Below, piece after piece: positions 20,281 through 30,972 of a stretch of 64,000 bases of DNA. The DNA is from a virus (taxonomy: Duplodnaviria > Caudoviricetes), in the IMG/VR virus record IMGVR_UViG_3300042975_000096. One strand, 5' to 3'. The translations under genes and the position numbers were made by a program. The notes under the pieces are model-generated. The model was not told the DNA's origin, made no database searches, and saw only the letters and a program-made list of their open reading frames with translations. Every line of letters starts with the position of its first letter. Positions within the stretch are counted from its first letter, which is position 1.

Positions 20281-21912
20281 ATGGCAAGTACATTTACAGT
20301 TCAAAAGCAGAATGGTGTTTTTATTCTAAATTCCTCTGCTAATCAAATTATCTTTAATGAGGTTTTCAATGGTCTTGGTGCTAATAAGGAAATTACCTAC
20401 ATTACATTAAAAGATTCTACGGGAAAAGAAGTAAACTTTAATTCCGTGTTCTCTAAATTTAATGTTAATGTTTCTAATTCTGCCGACTCTACGGTTTTTA
20501 ATGCTAATAAGGTCGGTGCTGTTAACAAAATAGACGTTTATGACGGTACTGCTCAAACTCGTGCCGATGGAACAACCGATACCGTTACAATCGATTTTGA
20601 CGTGCTTTCTAGCGCAACTGAGGGTAGTTATACCCTTAATGTTGAAACGGTTGATAACCAGAAGACACCGGCTTCTCAGGGTACTCAGGTTATTAATGTT
20701 AAGGTCGTTTCCGTTGAAACTGCTTTGACTGATTATGAAAATCTTGTTAGCGATATTGCAACGGCTGATTTGGCAGATATTGAATCTAAAAAAACTGCTG
20801 TTATTTCTGCTCAACAAACTGCTCAAACTGCCATTAGCGCATTAGATGATGGCGATACTAAAACTTCTTTACAGACTAGATTTAATAAGGCTCTCGATAA
20901 CCAAAATCAAGGTCTTAAAGAATTGTACCTCTATTATTCTAAAAACAATCATTTAACTTTATTTAAGGTTAATAATGTTGGTGGTAATGTTCCTTTCTCT
21001 ATTATCTTTAAGGATAATGTCTTGGTCGGTTCTGCTTCAGAAGCTTTCTATTATGCTCCTGATAGCAATGTTAGCGTTCCTGTTACTGGTCTTACGCCTA
21101 CTCAGAAAAACATCGTTTTCGGTGCTGATGGTACAAAAAGTGGACAGTATTTGTATATATTCAAGATAGGAGATAAATACTACAGAACAACGATTGATTG
21201 CACTGTAGACGCTTCTACAAAAGCCGTTAACATCACTAAAATTGATAGTATAGAAATTCCTGCTGGTTCTGTTGATAACACAGGTGAATCATATACTGTT
21301 CCTAGTGAATCAGTTAGCAAAACGGCATTGAATGATGCAATCTCTGCTGCAAATGCAGATTATACTGCACATGTAGTCGGTACTGAACCTGGTAATGTTC
21401 CTGAAAATCAAAGAACAACATTTAAAGCTGCAATTGATAAAGCACAAGCTGTTTATGACAATGCAGATGCACAGGCAGATGAAGTTGATTCTGCAACGAA
21501 AGAACTTAATGCTGCAAAAACTGTATTTGACGGATTCATTATAAAATATTATATTAATGAAGAAGCATTGCAGACTGCCGTTACGAAAGCTAACGATACA
21601 GTAAAAGCTGCAACTGTTGGTGAAAATGTTGGTCAAACTACTCAGGAAAACATTGACACATACAAAACAGCAATTGCGGTTGCACAAAAAGTTTTGGATG
21701 ATACCCCATCTAACGTTGACTATTCTGATAAAACAGCATATGATAAATATGTGAAAGACGTAGCAGATGCAATTACTGCATTAGCTACTGCAACGGATGC
21801 ATATAATTCAAATGTTGTAACAAACGCTAAATATGCAGAAGCAAAAGTTGCATTATATGAAACTGCAGCAGAAGCATTCTTAAATAGTATCAGAAAAAAA
21901 ATTCGTATCTAA
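20281..21912 (+). CDS. Protein with FIVAR-like helical repeats; probably the N-terminal part of a fusion with 22002-24938
   Basis: GGGAGTG RBS before ATG 20281; KTALNDAISAA.. and EALQTAVTKA.. repeats. Confidence 0.6.
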   Translation: MASTFTVQKQNGVFILNSSANQIIFNEVFNGLGANKEITYITLKDSTGKEVNFNSVFSKFNVNVSNSADSTVFNANKVGAVNKIDVYDGTAQTRADGTTDTVTIDFDVLSSATEGSYTLNVETVDNQKTPASQGTQVINVKVVSVETALTDYENLVSDIATADLADIESKKTAVISAQQTAQTAISALDDGDTKTSLQTRFNKALDNQNQGLKELYLYYSKNNHLTLFKVNNVGGNVPFSIIFKDNVLVGSASEAFYYAPDSNVSVPVTGLTPTQKNIVFGADGTKSGQYLYIFKIGDKYYRTTIDCTVDASTKAVNITKIDSIEIPAGSVDNTGESYTVPSESVSKTALNDAISAANADYTAHVVGTEPGNVPENQRTTFKAAIDKAQAVYDNADAQADEVDSATKELNAAKTVFDGFIIKYYINEEALQTAVTKANDTVKAATVGENVGQTTQENIDTYKTAIAVAQKVLDDTPSNVDYSDKTAYDKYVKDVADAITALATATDAYNSNVVTNAKYAEAKVALYETAAEAFLNSIRKKIRI

Positions 21913-22001
21913 TCCTCGAACAACAACGTTCTGATGCTTATATTGCATTAACTAAGGTTAATAAAGAAAGCGCAGAGTATAATGATTTAAATAAACGTTA
22001 T

Positions 22002-24938
22002 ATGTCTGCGCTTTCTATGCAATATAAAGGTTTTCGGTTATTATTAGAGGAAGATACAAAAAAGGAAATGTTTATAGACCATGTTAAAATACATGAATCT
22101 ATAAATTCTACCACTTTATATTTAGATAACATTAGACCTTATGAAGCAACAGAAGCGTATATGTTCGCTCCGCTAGGATATTGGAAAGCCGTTTATCAAG
22201 ATGAATTATATCCTGATGATTATCCATATGACTTGATGCCGGGGATTAATAGTAGTACGGTAACAATAGAAGTCAAAACGGATGTTATGGACGGCGAATA
22301 TGATTATTTTTATTATTGTTCTAATGAATGGAGAAAAATATCCATTCTAATTAAAAATCATAAAATAATAAAAATAAACAATACTGATACTTCAGCATTT
22401 ATTAATGAAACATTATATAACATACAAGTAACGAGTGGGTTAAGTGTAAATCTTAATGTAAATTCTCAATTTATTTCTGATATTCCAACAGAAATAGCTG
22501 TTAGACAGGTTGATGCACAAGAATTACCAACTTCAATTACAGTTAAACGTTGGGACAAATCTAATTTAAATTCAGATTTCATTGTTACTTATATTAATGA
22601 AATTCCCACCACATTATTCGTTAATGGTCATTCAGACCTGCCAACAAATATAATAGTTAAAATTACACGTGATAGTAGTATTCCAACAGATTTAACTGTT
22701 GTGCAACATGATGGTTCTTCTTTGCCTACTAATATTACGGTTAAATATACAATAGCACAAGATATTCCAACTGAAATGATGGTCTATCAAACAAGTAATC
22801 TTCCCACTGAAATTCTTATTCAAAGAAAGGATTTCAATGATTTACCGTCGAATATTAATATTCAACGTGTAGATAGAAGCAACTTACCAACTACTATTAG
22901 TGTCAAACAATGGGGCGTTGATACTCCATATATTCATGCAACATTGATTGTTGTTCGTCATGATAAATCAGATATTCCTATTACAGTATATATTATACAA
23001 CATGCAAAAGATGATTTATTGACAACGATGGATGTTGTAACAAACAATTGTTCTAATGATTTGACAACTAATATTACTGTTAAAAATGTTTTACATAATG
23101 AAATACCATGTTATTTAATTGTTAGCAAAAATGTTAATGCTATATTAAGCACGACAATTTCATTAGATAACACATATATTCACAGATATCAAGATTTACC
23201 AACAACCATTAATGTTCAAAAAAATAAACGTTATGATTTAACTACGTTTATATATGTATACCAAAATGCGCCACTTGAAACAATCGTTCATGGATTGTTA
23301 AAGAGCCATTCGGATTTACCTACAACAATTGATATTATTGGATGTCATAATGAGGAAATAATCACATATCTAGTCATTAACAAACAGAGTGGATTTGAAT
23401 CAATAATCAACTTTAACGCTAAAGAAAAATCAGAAATTCCAACCACTTTGACCGTTAAGAATAATATTAGTTCTAGCATTAATACTTCTCTTATTGTCAA
23501 TAGAAAAGGTATGATTAATGCAATAGGTAATATTACAACAAAACATTATAATGATTATAGTGAAATCCCAATTACTTTACAAGTTATTCATGGAAAGACA
23601 TTAATTATTCCAACAACCATCATGGTATTATCAAAACAGGTTGTGTTGGAAGCTTCTGTTTCTAAATTTACACAATTAGGGAAATCACAAATTGGAACAA
23701 TAATTGAAGTTAAAAATAATGAAACAAATTATATTAACACTACAATTAATGTTGTTTGTAATACAATAAAACTAGATGCAATTACAAACTTTGTTAATAG
23801 CAACCATAGTGATTTACCAACGAATGTAAATGTTATATATGAAAGGCATTCAGACTTGCCAATAACAATGCGTGTAAATCCATTAGGAATGATGGAAAAT
23901 GTTATAAACGTTATTTATCCAACTCATAGTGATTTGTTAACAACGTTACATATAATGAACACGAACGACATTGATACTACATTGGTTGTAATTAAGTCTG
24001 CGATATTAGAAGCGAAAGCTAAATTAGTACCACATCAATTAACCAAACGAAACGTTCCATGTGTAAAAGATTCTTATGTTTATAATTTCACTAGATTAAC
24101 AAATTATGGTAAATATAAATATACCAATATTGCTTATACAAATAAAAATGATATTTTAAGAAGTATTTTTGGTTTTGATTTTGCATGTTTAGACATTCCA
24201 AATAATAAATCTGCACAATATTTCGATTATCAAACAGTTCAAAAAGCATTATTGCATTTATATAAAGTGTCATCTTTACCTGAATCAGCAACAATTGAAG
24301 TATATTCAATTGACGATAAATGGTTTGAAACGACTATAAATCATGTTAAGTGTGAAGAACTAAATAAATCTTATATAACCTCAATCCCTACAACTACTAA
24401 AAATGGATGGGTAACAATAGATATTACAAAAGATTTGAATAATTTTGAAGAATTACCGTCAACAAAACGTAGTTATTTCTTAGTTATCAAACAAAAACAA
24501 AAAACAAATTCAATTATATCTATTGCAAGCATACAAAATGATAATCCTAAATTAGCCCCTTATGTGAGCGTTGAATATTATCATACCCCACCATATGCAA
24601 ATTGGTTGGATACACCAACAGAAGTTTTTGTTAAACCATATGTAGATTTACCAACAACCATTGATATTCCTGAAAGGACTGTTAGTGAAATACCTACAGA
24701 AATGACGGTTAAGGCACAAACAGCATATGACTTGACGTTCTCAATTACTGTTGATGTTGTTACAAACATATATACTGTTGATTTACCAACTACATTAGAT
24801 ATTATTGGTTATCCATGTGACGAAAAAGGATTTGAAATTAATGTTTACATTAATGCAACGCCTAAAAAGTCAAACATTGAAACCACTCTTATTGTTGTTA
24901 GAAATCCACAAAAAGAAGCATATGTATATATTACGTAA
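22002..24938 (+). CDS. Repeat-rich fibre-like protein with a C-terminal DNRLRE/CBM96-like domain
   Basis: Dozens of ~13-aa SDLPTTIxV repeats; KDSYV..TNYG..RSIFGFD..ALLHLY..WFETTI..GWVTIDIT..APYVSVEY. Confidence 0.7.
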   Translation: MSALSMQYKGFRLLLEEDTKKEMFIDHVKIHESINSTTLYLDNIRPYEATEAYMFAPLGYWKAVYQDELYPDDYPYDLMPGINSSTVTIEVKTDVMDGEYDYFYYCSNEWRKISILIKNHKIIKINNTDTSAFINETLYNIQVTSGLSVNLNVNSQFISDIPTEIAVRQVDAQELPTSITVKRWDKSNLNSDFIVTYINEIPTTLFVNGHSDLPTNIIVKITRDSSIPTDLTVVQHDGSSLPTNITVKYTIAQDIPTEMMVYQTSNLPTEILIQRKDFNDLPSNINIQRVDRSNLPTTISVKQWGVDTPYIHATLIVVRHDKSDIPITVYIIQHAKDDLLTTMDVVTNNCSNDLTTNITVKNVLHNEIPCYLIVSKNVNAILSTTISLDNTYIHRYQDLPTTINVQKNKRYDLTTFIYVYQNAPLETIVHGLLKSHSDLPTTIDIIGCHNEEIITYLVINKQSGFESIINFNAKEKSEIPTTLTVKNNISSSINTSLIVNRKGMINAIGNITTKHYNDYSEIPITLQVIHGKTLIIPTTIMVLSKQVVLEASVSKFTQLGKSQIGTIIEVKNNETNYINTTINVVCNTIKLDAITNFVNSNHSDLPTNVNVIYERHSDLPITMRVNPLGMMENVINVIYPTHSDLLTTLHIMNTNDIDTTLVVIKSAILEAKAKLVPHQLTKRNVPCVKDSYVYNFTRLTNYGKYKYTNIAYTNKNDILRSIFGFDFACLDIPNNKSAQYFDYQTVQKALLHLYKVSSLPESATIEVYSIDDKWFETTINHVKCEELNKSYITSIPTTTKNGWVTIDITKDLNNFEELPSTKRSYFLVIKQKQKTNSIISIASIQNDNPKLAPYVSVEYYHTPPYANWLDTPTEVFVKPYVDLPTTIDIPERTVSEIPTEMTVKAQTAYDLTFSITVDVVTNIYTVDLPTTLDIIGYPCDEKGFEINVYINATPKKSNIETTLIVVRNPQKEAYVYIT

Positions 24939-24941
24939 CAT

Positions 24942-24975
24942 AAAAAGCACTACTCTTAAAGAGTAGTGCTTTTTT
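24942..24975. terminator. Bidirectional intrinsic terminator
   Basis: aaaaagcactactct-taa-agagtagtgcttttt between convergent genes. Confidence 0.85.
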
Positions 24976-24976
24976 A

Positions 24977-25789
24977 TTATATTAATTGAGCCAATTCCGT
25001 TAATGGTTTTTGTAGCGCAACATTATTTTTCATTTTCTTTATTCTTAAATAAATACCTGCTTTTGTCATATTCAGGAGTTTGCTTATCTCTCCAATTTCA
25101 ATTCCTTTAATACACAATTTCAAGATATTTACATCTTTTTCTTCTAATAATGGATAAATGGATTGTTCTAATGTTTGATTAAATAAGACTTTATTATAGC
25201 TGTCTGCTGACCTATCGTCAACAATGGTATCTCCCAATTCCGTTTTTTGTTCGCTATCAGCTTTAATGGATAATGATACTTCACCGAATTTATTAATACG
25301 CTTTTGTGCATTTAATTTAGTAAAGTACATTCCAACTGTATTTTGTGCGCATCGCCAAAAAAACGTATTAAATTTAACCCCACCAAATTTATATGTTTTC
25401 ATGCACTTAATTAACTGCATATTAATTTCCCCGATTAATTCTTCAGCTTTTGACAATGATTTAGATTTTGCCATATATTCAATTTTAGGCTTAAAATATC
25501 TATATACATAATCAAATGCTTCATTGCATCCTGCACGAAAATCACAAACAGCATCTTCAATTGTCGGAATACTTTCATAAAAGTTGCTTTTTTCGGCAAT
25601 TTCACCGTCTTTAAGCTTAATTGGTGCTTCATCATAAATAATGCAATCTGATAAATCAGACACACAAATCGGTGACTCATCATAAAATTCGCAATCAGAC
25701 GTATCAGTAACGCATATTGCCATTTCATCATAAAGAATGCAGTCTTTATTTTCTAACATATATTTATCAAAATCACTCAATTTATCCAC
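24977..25789 (-). CDS. Phage sigma70-family RNA polymerase sigma factor
   Basis: Region 2 (EAFDYVYRYFKPKI..KFNTFFWRCAQN) and region 4 HTH (EIGEISKLLNMTKAGIYLRIKKMK). Confidence 0.8.
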   Translation of the reverse strand: MDKLSDFDKYMLENKDCILYDEMAICVTDTSDCEFYDESPICVSDLSDCIIYDEAPIKLKDGEIAEKSNFYESIPTIEDAVCDFRAGCNEAFDYVYRYFKPKIEYMAKSKSLSKAEELIGEINMQLIKCMKTYKFGGVKFNTFFWRCAQNTVGMYFTKLNAQKRINKFGEVSLSIKADSEQKTELGDTIVDDRSADSYNKVLFNQTLEQSIYPLLEEKDVNILKLCIKGIEIGEISKLLNMTKAGIYLRIKKMKNNVALQKPLTELAQLI

Positions 25790-26068
25790 TATCTATTTCC
25801 CCTTTTTTCTTATAAATATGTTTTTATCACCATATATGATTATAGCATATATCAATCAAAAGTCAATCACTTTTTTGGGATAAAAAAACAGCTACTTTTT
25901 AGCAACTGTTTTTTTATTTTTTAAGGCCACAAACCTTTAAATTTATTTGGATTAATGTGTTCTTTCCTTTTTGTAATCACGTCGTTCATCCAATCAGGAA
26001 TAACATTCTTTTCTTCATTCTTTTTATTAAATCCATAATGTTCATAAGCATTAGATACTTCCACAGGA

Positions 26069-26695
26069 TTATTCGTTGGATTTGCTCTTTTTTTCTTCAT
26101 CTTCTGAACTACCTTCTTCTTCATTTTCATTATTTAATTCATTATCATTATCTAAATTAAAATCAACATCATCATTTAATTCATTCTCATCTTTTTGTTT
26201 ATCATTAATTTTATCTTTTAATTCTTCTTCATGTTCTGCAACATAATTAGTTTCATCATCTAATCCATCACTTAACGTTTCAACAGCTTCATTAAACGGG
26301 TCATCTTCTCCTTCTTCACTTTCAGATAACTCTAAAATTTCTTCCGTCTCTGGTAAATAAGGAATAATATAATCTTCAGGATTGCTCTTATTATCTTCAT
26401 TTAATTCTTGCAAATCGTTTCCTGTTTCAGGATTCATTAAAGAATCATCAATGAATAATTGGATTATTCTATCCCATCGATATGAACGCACTGAACCATC
26501 TTGCTTATAACACATGATTAAAAGATTGTTGTCTTTACTGTTATTCCATCCGTATGGCTGAACAGTTCTCCATCCACTATTCTCATATTCAATTTTTATT
26601 AACATTGAATTAGCCATAGAATCAGTAATATACTGTATCGCATCATCATCTAAATTTACTTTAGATAAATCTGCCAATCTAATTAAATATTTCAT
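26069..26695 (-). CDS. WYL-domain protein with acidic tail
   Basis: IKIEY..RTVQPY..LIMCY..VRSYRWDRI; no HTH; D/E-rich C-terminus. Confidence 0.75.
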   Translation of the reverse strand: MKYLIRLADLSKVNLDDDAIQYITDSMANSMLIKIEYENSGWRTVQPYGWNNSKDNNLLIMCYKQDGSVRSYRWDRIIQLFIDDSLMNPETGNDLQELNEDNKSNPEDYIIPYLPETEEILELSESEEGEDDPFNEAVETLSDGLDDETNYVAEHEEELKDKINDKQKDENELNDDVDFNLDNDNELNNENEEEGSSEDEEKKSKSNE

Positions 26696-26928
26696 AACTT
26701 TATCAGTCCATTTATTATATTAAGAAAGGTCTAAAATAATAAAAAATACTATACAACTTTTCGTCTAATTATATAGTAAATACATTGATTGAAATAATGA
26801 TTCACGTTATACATTACACAATATATATTTCATCAAAAAATCCTTCATTGCCCTTCTTTTTTATTTTTTAGCCTTTCTACTGTAATAATATAAATCCAGC
26901 CATAGAATTATATCTATGGCTGGATAAT

Positions 26929-27912
26929 TTACAAACTTTTTTCAAAATCCATTTCATTTTTTATTTTTTGAACAACGGAATTCATTAATGAATAAGCCGA
27001 GTCGGTATAACAATGTGCTCCTGCTGCATTGATATGACCTCCACCACCTATTTCCTCCATTACTTTTGCAATGTTTACATTCGTGTTGCTTCTAGCTTTA
27101 ATATAAACATTTTTACCGTTCGCTAAAAACAATATTGCAACATCAACATCCTTTACTAATTTCATAATATCAACGATATATGAAGCTTCTTTGTATGAGG
27201 ATTTATTATCTTCAATTTGATGCCTAGTTATTAATACATACATAATTTTATAAACAGAATCATACATCATATTATTCCAAACATCCTGTTGTAATTTAAA
27301 CAAACTTCGTTGATAACGTTCTATTTCATTAACCGTTTCTACGTTTGCTCCTTGCTCTAGTAATTTAGCAACGACGAAATGTGTATTTGCATCTACCCCT
27401 GGATTTCTAAAGTTAAATGTATCTCCACGTATTGCCATATATAATGCTGTGGCAATTTTTTCATTAAATTTAATATTATATCCTTTTTCTATCATATAAG
27501 AAATCAATCGATAAATCAACATTGCTGTTGCAACAACGTCTTCACACCAATATATATTACCATATTGATTAAATCCTGTATGATGGTCAATTACGATACA
27601 ATATTGACTTAAATCGTGATAATCAACATTTATTCTTCCCTGCTCTGAACAATCTAGTACAAACACTATGTCAAATTTATTTGATGGTACGTTAATTTTA
27701 TTAACTCTTCCTTTCCCTAATACTACTGCATAGGTTTTATTTATTTTATTCTGAGTTATAATTGTTACCTTTTTCTGTAATTGTTTTAAAACATTTTCTA
27801 AAGCAATTGCAGACCCAATCGCATCTGAATCTGGATTGTCATGCATTATAATTCCCACATTACACATTTCATCTTCGTTAACTTTTGCTACAATCTTTTC
27901 AATAGTGTCCAT
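26929..27912 (-). CDS. nrnA: DHH/DHHA1 phosphoesterase (NrnA-like)
   Basis: HDNPDSDAIGS, VLDCS, IDHH, GDTFNF, GGGGHINAAG. Confidence 0.85.
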   Translation of the reverse strand: MDTIEKIVAKVNEDEMCNVGIIMHDNPDSDAIGSAIALENVLKQLQKKVTIITQNKINKTYAVVLGKGRVNKINVPSNKFDIVFVLDCSEQGRINVDYHDLSQYCIVIDHHTGFNQYGNIYWCEDVVATAMLIYRLISYMIEKGYNIKFNEKIATALYMAIRGDTFNFRNPGVDANTHFVVAKLLEQGANVETVNEIERYQRSLFKLQQDVWNNMMYDSVYKIMYVLITRHQIEDNKSSYKEASYIVDIMKLVKDVDVAILFLANGKNVYIKARSNTNVNIAKVMEEIGGGGHINAAGAHCYTDSAYSLMNSVVQKIKNEMDFEKSL

Positions 27913-28043
27913 GGTATTTTATCTCCATTAATCATTTTGTGCATTCAATCTTTTACATTTATAAAATATAAATGATTAATGGTCTATATACGCTTACTGC
28001 TCCACTAAATATATATTAATAAAGTCATATATTATTATTTTTT

Positions 28044-29699
28044 TTAATTATTTTTTATATCAACTAACATTAATTGAATTTTTCTTCTACCAGCCCAAAA
28101 ATTATAAGATAATTTATAAGCAATATCAACAGTTTTAGGTTCTTTCAATTCTTCCACATATTTATCCTTTAAGTCGTTAAAACATATACCTTCAACTATT
28201 GCATTGCCTTTTTTAAATTCAAACTTTATTGTATTTTGAGTCTTACCCAGGACTTTTGAACTAATTACTGAAACATTTTTTGTGCAAAATTGTGGCTCTG
28301 GATTTGATTCTCCAAATGGACTCATAATGCTTAATTTATGCATTAAAGTATCGTCTATTAAACTCAAATCAATTTCTGCCAATAGATATATGGTTGGCTC
28401 TGTTTCAACACCTGTAGCTGATTCTAACCACTTAGAATAATTCGCACAACATCTTTTTTTGAATTCTTCTAGGTTATTTACTGGTAATGAAACACCACAC
28501 GCTGCCGTATGTCCACCACCACTTACTAAGTCAAAATTATCTGAAACACATTTACTAATATCATAATCCATGACGTTACGCCCAGAACCTACAAATTTAC
28601 CGTTATGTTCATGTAATGCGAAACAAGGCTTTTGATATTTGCTTGCAAATCTACCTGCTAAAATCCCTAGAATTCCAGCTGGTATTTTCTTATCATCAAA
28701 TGTTTGTATAATAAACGAATCCGATTCGTTTACTACCGTTTCTTTTATTACCTTACTTTGAATATATTTTCTTTTATTGTTTAACGAAACTGCCTTTTGT
28801 GCTAATTGATTGGCTGTTGCTTCATCATCTGCCAAAAATAACTGTACTGCATAATCAGCGGTTTCTATTCTTCCTACCGCATTAACACACGGCGCAATAT
28901 AAAATGCAATGTCCGATGAAGAAATATTTCCCTTAGACATCTTTAATTCTTTAATAAGTGCATCTACTCCAAATCCAATATGCTCAACTTTATTAATAAC
29001 ATCTAAGCCCAATGCAACAAATTTTCTATTTTCATCAATTAATGGCATTACATCCGCGATTGTAGCAAAAGTAGTTAATGCAATTAATTCATTATGAATA
29101 TCTCGTTTTGTTAAGTCAGGAATAAGCATTCTTAAAAATTTATATGCAATCATGCATCCACATATTTCTTTGAATTCATAATCTGGTTGAATAAATGGGT
29201 CTACTACTATTTCACAAGGTAATGTTTCAGACAAAAATTGGTGATGGTCTGTAACAATAACATCAATATTGTTATTCTCTGCTAACGTAATTGCTTCATG
29301 AGCAGCAATTCCATTATCAACTGTAATAATCAAATTCACTTTATCATCTATAGCTTCTTGAATCATATTTAGATTCAATCCGTATCCATCTGAACGTTTT
29401 GGAACAACCCAATCAACATTTGCGCCAACACTTGATAGACCCATAACCATAATTGAAGTTGCTGTTACACCATCGCAATCATAGTCACCTGCAATCATTA
29501 TTTTTTCTTTATTTTTTATTGCCATCTTTGTTCTATTAATTGCAGATTCAATATTAGGCAATTTATTTGGATTGTGAAATTTATTGCTTTTTATATTAAT
29601 AAAACTATTTAATTGTTCTTCATTAAAGCCTTTATCTCTTTTTATTAAATCCCAAAAATCATTATCAAATTTATTTTTTATATTCCATTTATATTCCAA
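28044..29699 (-). CDS. recJ: ssDNA-specific exonuclease RecJ
   Basis: GDYDCDGVTAT, ITVDNG, TDHH, TIADVMPL..ENR, GGGHTAACG, PFGESNPEP. Confidence 0.93.
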   Translation of the reverse strand: MEYKWNIKNKFDNDFWDLIKRDKGFNEEQLNSFINIKSNKFHNPNKLPNIESAINRTKMAIKNKEKIMIAGDYDCDGVTATSIMVMGLSSVGANVDWVVPKRSDGYGLNLNMIQEAIDDKVNLIITVDNGIAAHEAITLAENNNIDVIVTDHHQFLSETLPCEIVVDPFIQPDYEFKEICGCMIAYKFLRMLIPDLTKRDIHNELIALTTFATIADVMPLIDENRKFVALGLDVINKVEHIGFGVDALIKELKMSKGNISSSDIAFYIAPCVNAVGRIETADYAVQLFLADDEATANQLAQKAVSLNNKRKYIQSKVIKETVVNESDSFIIQTFDDKKIPAGILGILAGRFASKYQKPCFALHEHNGKFVGSGRNVMDYDISKCVSDNFDLVSGGGHTAACGVSLPVNNLEEFKKRCCANYSKWLESATGVETEPTIYLLAEIDLSLIDDTLMHKLSIMSPFGESNPEPQFCTKNVSVISSKVLGKTQNTIKFEFKKGNAIVEGICFNDLKDKYVEELKEPKTVDIAYKLSYNFWAGRRKIQLMLVDIKNN

Positions 29700-29769
29700 A
29701 ATTACACCCCATCTTTTTTATAATATTTATTATATTAAAAGGACGTACAATTAAGCACGTCCTTTTTTA

Positions 29770-30972
29770 TTAAGCTTCTTCTTTAATGTCATTTTCTGTA
29801 ATAACGATTTCTTTATTTTTTTCAACTGGTGCTTTATACATAATGTCTAACATGCTGTTTTCCAAAATGCTTTTCAAGCTTCTTGCTCCAGTTTTATTTT
29901 TTAATGCTAAATTAGCAATCTTTTTAATTGCCTTTGTATCAAATTTTAACTCTACACCATCAACTGCTAACAAGTCATGATATTGTTTTGTAATAGAATT
30001 TTTTGGTTCGGTTAAGATTTTCATTAATGAATCTTCATCTAATTTATGCAATGCGGTTACTACAGGGAATCGTCCAACAAATTCAGGTATTAATCCATAT
30101 TGAATGATTTCATCTGTTCTAACTTCATTAAGAAAATATTCTTTTTCTTTTTCTGTTACTTTGTGACTTGTGTTTCCAAATCCCATCACATGTTTTTCTT
30201 TTTTATCTGCAATGAAATTTTCAATCCCTGGAAATGCTCCACTTGCAATAAACAAAATATTATCTGTATTGATAGTCTTAGGCTCTCCCTCGCCCCCTAA
30301 CAGGCCATCTTTTTTTGAAGGTAGTGCAACCTCACAACCCTCCAAAATCTTCAACAGGGCTTGTTGTACGCCCTCTCCACCGACATCCTTTGCATTGTCT
30401 GTACTAGTTTTTGCCAATTTGTCGATTTCATCAAGAAATACAATTCCATATTCAGCTCTTTTAATATCTCCATCTGCTTTTCTTACTAAATCGCCTAAAC
30501 AATCTTCAACATTTTTACCGACATATCCTGCTGAAGTAATTGAATTTACATCAATAATTGTCATTGGTAAATCTAAAAGTTTGGAAATTGTTTGAGCAAT
30601 TAATGTTTTTCCACTACCCGTAGAACCAATCAGCATAATATTTGATTTCTGAATATCTTTCCCTTTAAGTTTAAATACTCTCTTATAATGGTTATAAACA
30701 GCAACCGACATAATCTTTTTTGCTCTATCTTGACCAATAATATATTCGTCCAATTTTTTCTTTAATTCAGTTGGTTTCAATATTCCTTCTAAATTAATAA
30801 TTTCATGATTCTTTTTATCTTTGAAAATATGAGAACAAATATCTAAACAATCTTCACAAATAGTGATTGATTGTGTCTTGCCATAAATAAGTTTATCTTC
30901 GTCAACCATCTTTCCGCAAAATTTACATTTTACCTGTTTTGGTTCATTCGTTTCTTCTGTGCGTTTTGCCAT
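29770..30972 (-). CDS. clpX: ATP-dependent Clp protease ATPase ClpX
   Basis: C4 zinc finger, LDEYIIGQDRAKK..AVYNHYKR, GSTGSGKT, DEIDK, DVGGEGVQQALLK, MGFG loop, TGAR. Confidence 0.95.
   Translation of the reverse strand: MAKRTEETNEPKQVKCKFCGKMVDEDKLIYGKTQSITICEDCLDICSHIFKDKKNHEIINLEGILKPTELKKKLDEYIIGQDRAKKIMSVAVYNHYKRVFKLKGKDIQKSNIMLIGSTGSGKTLIAQTISKLLDLPMTIIDVNSITSAGYVGKNVEDCLGDLVRKADGDIKRAEYGIVFLDEIDKLAKTSTDNAKDVGGEGVQQALLKILEGCEVALPSKKDGLLGGEGEPKTINTDNILFIASGAFPGIENFIADKKEKHVMGFGNTSHKVTEKEKEYFLNEVRTDEIIQYGLIPEFVGRFPVVTALHKLDEDSLMKILTEPKNSITKQYHDLLAVDGVELKFDTKAIKKIANLALKNKTGARSLKSILENSMLDIMYKAPVEKNKEIVITENDIKEEA

Noticed and set aside
20407-21687. Antisense ORFs such as 20407-20826, 21310-21687, 30170-30595 and 44639-44974
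   Set aside because: Shadow frames opposite well-supported genes, with no recognisable motifs.
6157-24975. The + strand structural block as an invertible or DGR-diversified cassette
   Set aside because: No flanking inverted repeats, recombinase, reverse transcriptase or TR/VR pair was seen; the paralogs are too diverged at DNA level.
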